DNA of 64,000 bases from Candidatus Binatia bacterium (GTDB lineage Bacteria; Desulfobacterota; Binatia; HRBIN30): NCBI GenBank assembly GCA_026415395.1, contig JAOAHD010000003.1, positions 135,195 to 199,194 on the forward strand, in the 5' to 3' direction. The notes beneath the pieces are model-generated. The model made no database searches and was not told the DNA's origin. It saw nothing but the letters and a program-made list of their open reading frames with translations. The translations under genes and the position numbers were made by a program. Numbering within the stretch: the first letter of the stretch is position 1; the number at the start of each line of letters is the position of its first letter. This document shows positions 59,361 to 64,000 of this stretch, piece after piece.

Positions 59361-59654
59361 TCAGCGTCGCCGTTTCCGCAGTTCCTCTTCGTAATACTGT
59401 CGGTAAAGGACCTCCCATTCGCGGCTACCCGGAGGGACCCGACGCGATAAGCTGGCGATCTTGCGGCGAACGAAGGCGTCGATCTGTTCGTCCACCTTGT
59501 GGTCCTGCTCGAGGACCCTTTTGATTTCATTCAGCGCTAGCCGCTGGTTACGCACCTCCGCCAGTCCCTCTCGCTGCAACGTCTCTAAAATGCGGTGGGC
59601 GAGGAACGATTTGCGCCCTTCTGAGAATTCCACGGTCACCTCGTCACAGCACAA
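59361..59654 (-). CDS. DUF507 family protein; true start probably a GTG near 59633-59639
   Basis: ID..VRRKIASLSR...GSREW.VLYRQYYEEEL. Confidence 0.75.
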   Translation of the reverse strand: MCCDEVTVEFSEGRKSFLAHRILETLQREGLAEVRNQRLALNEIKRVLEQDHKVDEQIDAFVRRKIASLSRRVPPGSREWEVLYRQYYEEELRKRRR

Positions 59655-59919
59655 AGCCGCGTTCGCGAGCGAGTCGCTCCTTGATGCCGAGGACGAGCTT
59701 GCGCCGATCTAGGTCTTCGCGACCTCGTACGTATTGTTCTGCCATTTCCTCAGCCTCGCGTTCTAGCGCAGCCTCCTCCTCAAAATTTTGGTATAGCAGG
59801 TCAGCGACGCGCTGCTGGATTGTAAGCGGGTCTGTCTTGGGCAGAATCAAGTCACGGTCCGTTAAGGCTCTCACGATCGCTTGGGCAAGCGCTTGCACCT
59901 GGCCCGGTTTGACTCGCAT
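59644..59919 (-). CDS. DUF507 family protein
   Basis: MRV...E..LEREAEEM...IKERLARERGFVL. Confidence 0.78.
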   Translation of the reverse strand: MRVKPGQVQALAQAIVRALTDRDLILPKTDPLTIQQRVADLLYQNFEEEAALEREAEEMAEQYVRGREDLDRRKLVLGIKERLARERGFVL

Positions 59920-59966
59920 GACTCTTGTTTACGGGAACAGTGCAATGCTGACAAGCCGCGCCTAAG

Positions 59967-60608
59967 CTAGCGTGCCTTCGCGTGAGATTTGCGTTTTGCA
60001 ACGGCGCGCTTGCGGCCACTCGCCGCCGACGTTGACTCGTGCTCATCCGCCCTCCCAGACTTCGCTCGGAGGCGTGCGAGCTTCCGCTCAACTGCGTGCA
60101 GGCTTTCCTCAATTCGATTGAGCTCTTTGCGGACGGCTGGGTGGGCGGCGAGTTTTTCCACTGACGCTCGCACCTGGGCGTCGATTCGCTGTTGCAGCAA
60201 TTCAAGCTGCTTCTGCGGCACCTCGAGAAGTTCCTCTAGCAGCTTTTTGCCGGCTGCGGCACGCGCGTCCGTAGCAGCCGTGAACTGCTGCATGCTCCGA
60301 TGCGCAAATTCCTCGATCGCTTCCCGCCCTCGCTCTACGCTGGACCGCAGCTCTTGCAGTGCCTCGCCACCTTGCTGAATCAGCCAGCGCAACACCGGAA
60401 TGGCGACTAACGGGCGCGGTTTTTTCTGCTCCTCAAAAATGATCTGGGCAAAGGTCACCGCGGTCAGATCCTCGCCAGTTTCGTTGTCCACCACACGCAC
60501 ATCTTCTCCCGCGCGTACCAGGCGAGCGATCCCCTCGAGGGTGACGTACCGACTCGTTGAAGTATCGTAAAGCTTGCGGTTGCCGTAGCGCTTGATGATT
60601 CGTGCCAT
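59967..60608 (-). CDS. PhaR-like polyhydroxyalkanoate synthesis regulator (N-terminal DNA-binding domain, coiled coil, basic tail)
   Basis: IIKRYGNRKLYDTSTSRYVTL...VVDNETGEDLT. Confidence 0.88.
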   Translation of the reverse strand: MARIIKRYGNRKLYDTSTSRYVTLEGIARLVRAGEDVRVVDNETGEDLTAVTFAQIIFEEQKKPRPLVAIPVLRWLIQQGGEALQELRSSVERGREAIEEFAHRSMQQFTAATDARAAAGKKLLEELLEVPQKQLELLQQRIDAQVRASVEKLAAHPAVRKELNRIEESLHAVERKLARLRAKSGRADEHESTSAASGRKRAVAKRKSHAKAR

Positions 60609-60906
60609 AACATTCGACGCTGTTCAGACCGAGTTGAGCCGCTATCACACGCTCCCTTGCCGATGCAACAGGTGCCTTCCCATGGCCCCGCCTGGCATAT
60701 GAGGAAGACACCTCAGCGGAGCCGGGGAACGGGTGAGCAATCGAGACGGCTTTTTCACTCGCTCCCGATGGTCTTTCGGGTTTCTGGACCTAACAGCGAA
60801 GGGCATACCCAACGGTCCTCAGTCGAGTGAGCCCGCAGGTGTGGTGGCGAGGATCACCAGTGCTACGGCTTGCAGGCACGTGTTGCCGCGGGTAGCGTCG
60901 GTTGCC

Positions 60907-61731
60907 GTGGCGGAAATTCGGCGCTTCGTTGTTGCGGCGGTTCAGTTGAACGCCTCGAGCGATAAGCAACAAAACCTCGACAAGGCGGAGGGATTTATTC
61001 GCGAGGCGGCGCGGGCTGGGGCCCGTCTTGTAGTTCTCCCGGAAGTGTTTTTTTGGCGTGGTTTACCTGAACAAGAGCGAGATGCTGCGGAGCCGATTCC
61101 AGGCCCAGCGGTGACTCGCATGGGGCGCTTAGCGCGTGATCTCGGTATCTACTTGCTTGCAGGCTCTATCTTGGAGCAAGCCGACGCCAGGTTGCCGTTC
61201 AATACCAGTGTGCTGCTCGATCCGGCCGGTGAAGTCGTCGCTCGCTATCGGAAAATCCATTTATTCGACGTGCATGTTCGGGGGCGTGTGGAGATCCAAG
61301 AATCTGCTCGTCGCTCGGCAGGAAATGACGTCGTTGTGGCCTGCACTCCCTTGGGAAACCTTGGGATCGCCATTTGTTACGATTTGCGTTTCCCCGAGTT
61401 GTTTCGTGCGCAAGCGGCAAAGGGGGCGGAGATTATTCTCTTGCCGTCTGCTTTCACCTTTGTCACCGGAGCAGCGCACTGGGAACCGCTGGTGCGGGCT
61501 CGAGCCATTGAGAACCAAGTTTACTTAGTGGCCCCGAATCAGATTGGCCGGGGCGAGGGTGGGGTGGAGAACTACGGCCACTCTTGTGTGGTGGATCCAT
61601 GGGGAGTGCTGTTGGCGCAGGCGCGGGACCAGGAATGTGTCGTCTATGCTGAGGTGGATCATGATTACCTCGAATCAGTCCGGAGGCAGTTGCCAGCGCT
61701 GCGTCACCGACGGCTCCGGGATGAGGCATGA
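60907..61731 (+). CDS. Carbon-nitrogen hydrolase (Nit1/deaminated glutathione amidase-like)
   Basis: Catalytic Glu/Lys/Cys in LPEV, YRKIHLFD, ICYDLRFPE; TGAAHWE..RARAIENQ; start approximate. Confidence 0.92.
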   Translation: MAEIRRFVVAAVQLNASSDKQQNLDKAEGFIREAARAGARLVVLPEVFFWRGLPEQERDAAEPIPGPAVTRMGRLARDLGIYLLAGSILEQADARLPFNTSVLLDPAGEVVARYRKIHLFDVHVRGRVEIQESARRSAGNDVVVACTPLGNLGIAICYDLRFPELFRAQAAKGAEIILLPSAFTFVTGAAHWEPLVRARAIENQVYLVAPNQIGRGEGGVENYGHSCVVDPWGVLLAQARDQECVVYAEVDHDYLESVRRQLPALRHRRLRDEA

Positions 61732-61797
61732 GCGACGCCCAAAAACTCAGGCGCCTGGATTGGCCCCGAAGGAAGGCGTTGCTAACACACTCGGGTC

Positions 61798-63066
61798 GTG
61801 GAGCGGACGAACAGACCCTCTTCTGGGCGGAAAGGCTTTTTCCGCGTGGTGCCCACTGATCGAGCTCGGGCATTGATCGCTGGGATTCGGCCGATCCGCG
61901 ACACGGAGCTCATCCACGTCAAAAATGCTGCGGGCCGTGTGCTTGCCGCCGCAGTGAAAGCGCGGGCAGATGTTCCGCATTTTGATCGTGCAGTGATGGA
62001 CGGTTACGCAGTGCGCGCTGCGGACACCTTCGGCGCTTCCGAAAGTCAGCCCGTTTACCTGCGCGTTGTTGGCTCAGTGGAGATGGGAAAAACGGTGAGG
62101 CGCCCTATCCACCAAGGGGAAGCCATGCGCATTAGCACTGGTGGGATGCTGCCTCCGGGTGCGGACGCCGTAGTGATGATCGAGTACACGGAGGAGCTAG
62201 GCGACGCGACGGCGGAAGTGCGCCGTGGGGTGGCACCCTGGGAGAATGTTCAGCGGGTGGGCGAAGATGTAAGACGGGGTTGCTTACTATTCGATAAGGG
62301 TTGGCGTTTACGCTCCTTCGATCTCGGAGGATTAACGGGTACTGGGGTTACCCACGTGCGCGTCTTCCGTAAACCACGTGTCGCCCTGATCTCCACAGGC
62401 GACGAAATCGTCCCGCCTGACGCCAAGCCCAAGCCCGGACAGGTCCGCAACATCAATGAGTACGCGCTGGTGCCCGTCCTGGAGGATGCCGGCGCAGCAG
62501 TGACTGATTACGGCGTCATTCGCGACGACGCGGAATTGTTTTCCCGCAGCCTGGCGAAGGCGCTCGAGTCGCACGATGCGGTCATGTTGTCGGGTGGCAG
62601 CTCCGTTGGGACGAAGGACATCACTCTTGCGAGCATTGCATCTTTGCCCGGAGCATCGGTGGCTTTTCATGGGATCTCCATTGCGCCGGGTAAACCGACA
62701 ATTCTTGCGTTCGCGATGAAGAAACCGATTTTGGGTATTCCCGGACACCCCATGTCGGCGTTAGTCATCGGGCTGCTGTATGCAGCTCCACTTGTACGCG
62801 TGCTTGGCGGGGAGCGACCAGAGCGTGTTTTCCAGCCTAAAAGCCGAGTTCGTGCAATCCTAAGCGAGCCGATCGCCTCCGCTCCCGGACGGGAGGATTA
62901 TGTCCGTGTCAAGCTGGAGGAAACCAACGGACTTCGGCGCGCGGTTCCAATGCCTGGAAAGTCCGCGTCGGTCTTCAACTTGATTCATGCCGACGGGCTA
63001 GTGGCCGTCCCCGCCTATGCTGAAGGACTCGAAGCAGGTACCGAGGTCGAAGTCCTCTTGCTTTAA
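61798..63066 (+). CDS. moeA: Molybdopterin molybdotransferase MoeA (gephyrin-like)
   Basis: PHFDRAVMDGYAV, ISTGGMLPPGADAV, STGDE, SGGSS.G.KD, PGKP, PGHP.S. Confidence 0.95.
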   Translation: MERTNRPSSGRKGFFRVVPTDRARALIAGIRPIRDTELIHVKNAAGRVLAAAVKARADVPHFDRAVMDGYAVRAADTFGASESQPVYLRVVGSVEMGKTVRRPIHQGEAMRISTGGMLPPGADAVVMIEYTEELGDATAEVRRGVAPWENVQRVGEDVRRGCLLFDKGWRLRSFDLGGLTGTGVTHVRVFRKPRVALISTGDEIVPPDAKPKPGQVRNINEYALVPVLEDAGAAVTDYGVIRDDAELFSRSLAKALESHDAVMLSGGSSVGTKDITLASIASLPGASVAFHGISIAPGKPTILAFAMKKPILGIPGHPMSALVIGLLYAAPLVRVLGGERPERVFQPKSRVRAILSEPIASAPGREDYVRVKLEETNGLRRAVPMPGKSASVFNLIHADGLVAVPAYAEGLEAGTEVEVLLL

Positions 63067-63988
63067 GGATCCGCTGCCCTACCGCCGGACGCAGCGAGCA
63101 GCTCTTGGGCTTTCAGCCAGTTCTCTAGAATGGAGTTCACCTGCTCCGGTGCTTCTTGCTGCACCCAGTGAGACACGCCGGATAGATAGTGGAGTTCCAG
63201 ACTTTGAACGAATTGGTCGGTCCCGAAGGTGGTTTCTTTGCCCAATGCATCGTCTTCTTCTCGCCAAATCATCAGGGTGGGAACCTCGATTTGAGGATAC
63301 CCCAACTTGCGCTGCCGCGTAGCAACGCCCTGTAGTAATTCAGCATGGCGGTCAGGGCACCCGGGATCGCCGCATACTGAAGGTAAACACCGACGACTTC
63401 GGGTGGAAATCGCGCTGGGTTGCGGCTCATCCGGATGAAAGCCTGGCGAATCGCCAGAAAGTCAAACGCGGCAAGAGCCCACTCCGGTAGCCAAGGTAAC
63501 TGGAAAAATAATACGTACCACGAGCGAAGAAGTTGTTTTCCCCAGAGGGCGCGCTCCATCACCCCAGGATGGGGCAAGTTTAGGATCACCAGGCCGTCCA
63601 GAGGGCGAAGCCAGCGCATGGCAAAGTACCAAGCGATCAGCGCACCCCAGTCATGGCCTAAGAGCAATGTTGCCTCGCAGCGGCTCGCATCGACGAGAGT
63701 GCAAACGTCGTGCTGCGAGCATTCAATCGCATAGTCCTGAACCCGCGGTGGGCGAACACTCCCCCCGTAGCCTCGCAGGTCTGGTGCCCAGACCCGAAAA
63801 CCAAGCTCGGCCAGCAACGGCATTTGGTACCGCCAGGGGTACCAGCACTCCGGAAAGCCGTGCAGACATAGGGCGAGTCGATCCCCTAGTCCCAGTTCTG
63901 CCACGTGGAAGGCTGCGTCGTCCCTCGACACTCATAGGTGCCGAACCCCCTTCACTTCGCCAGCGTACCATGTGCCTTTTGAGCTCAT
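63063..63988 (-). pseudogene. Degraded alpha/beta-fold hydrolase (epoxide hydrolase-like)
   Basis: LHGFPE, DLRGYG, GHDWG and HWVQQE motifs split across two frames (shift near 63305-63325), plus an in-frame TGA at 63932-63934 after ATG 63988. Confidence 0.8.
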
Positions 63989-64000
63989 GACTAACGGTGT

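Noticed and set aside
63932..63934. In-frame TGA as selenocysteine or readthrough
   Set aside because: Not a catalytic Cys position, no evident SECIS, and the gene also has a frameshift

Overview
A GC-rich, gene-dense bacterial chromosome segment made mostly of core genes. Gene content and order look like a deltaproteobacteria-related lineage such as Ca. Binatia (inference only). From left to right: a sigma54 activator, a cytochrome P450, a polar amino-acid ABC transporter, and a ~1,445-aa secreted S8 peptidase with FG-GAP repeats and a MYXO-CTERM-like tail that converges on a type II secretion operon (gspCDEFGHIJKLMN). Next come iscA plus a tetrapyrrole operon (sirC, ccsA/hemX, hemA, hemC, cobA-hemD, hemB), infA, an orphan GAF histidine kinase, dksA, dxr, nadB and tRNA-Ala(CGC). 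These are followed by an acyl-CoA dehydrogenase, a patatin, a deoxyhypusine-synthase-like gene, and a cytochrome c maturation operon (ccmABCD-[yacG-lpxA]-ccmE-F-H-I-like). The right end holds yceD-rpmF-fabD-fabG-acpP-glyA-copC-copD, a GPH-type MFS transporter, an orphan PAS kinase, two DUF507 genes, a PhaR-like gene, a nitrilase-family gene, moeA and a degraded alpha/beta-hydrolase. I found no mobile element, CRISPR array or rRNA. The most striking feature is the secretin GspD: it carries a ~110-aa Phe-Gly repeat insert in its N3 loop that resembles FG-nucleoporins, plus an extra C-terminal domain. Other oddities are a Cys-type CcmE alongside a Cys-rich CcmH, a divergent lpxA and yacG inside the ccm operon, a fab cluster without condensing enzymes, and a CopD fused to a His-rich membrane domain. 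All calls come from reading motifs by eye; no database searches were run.
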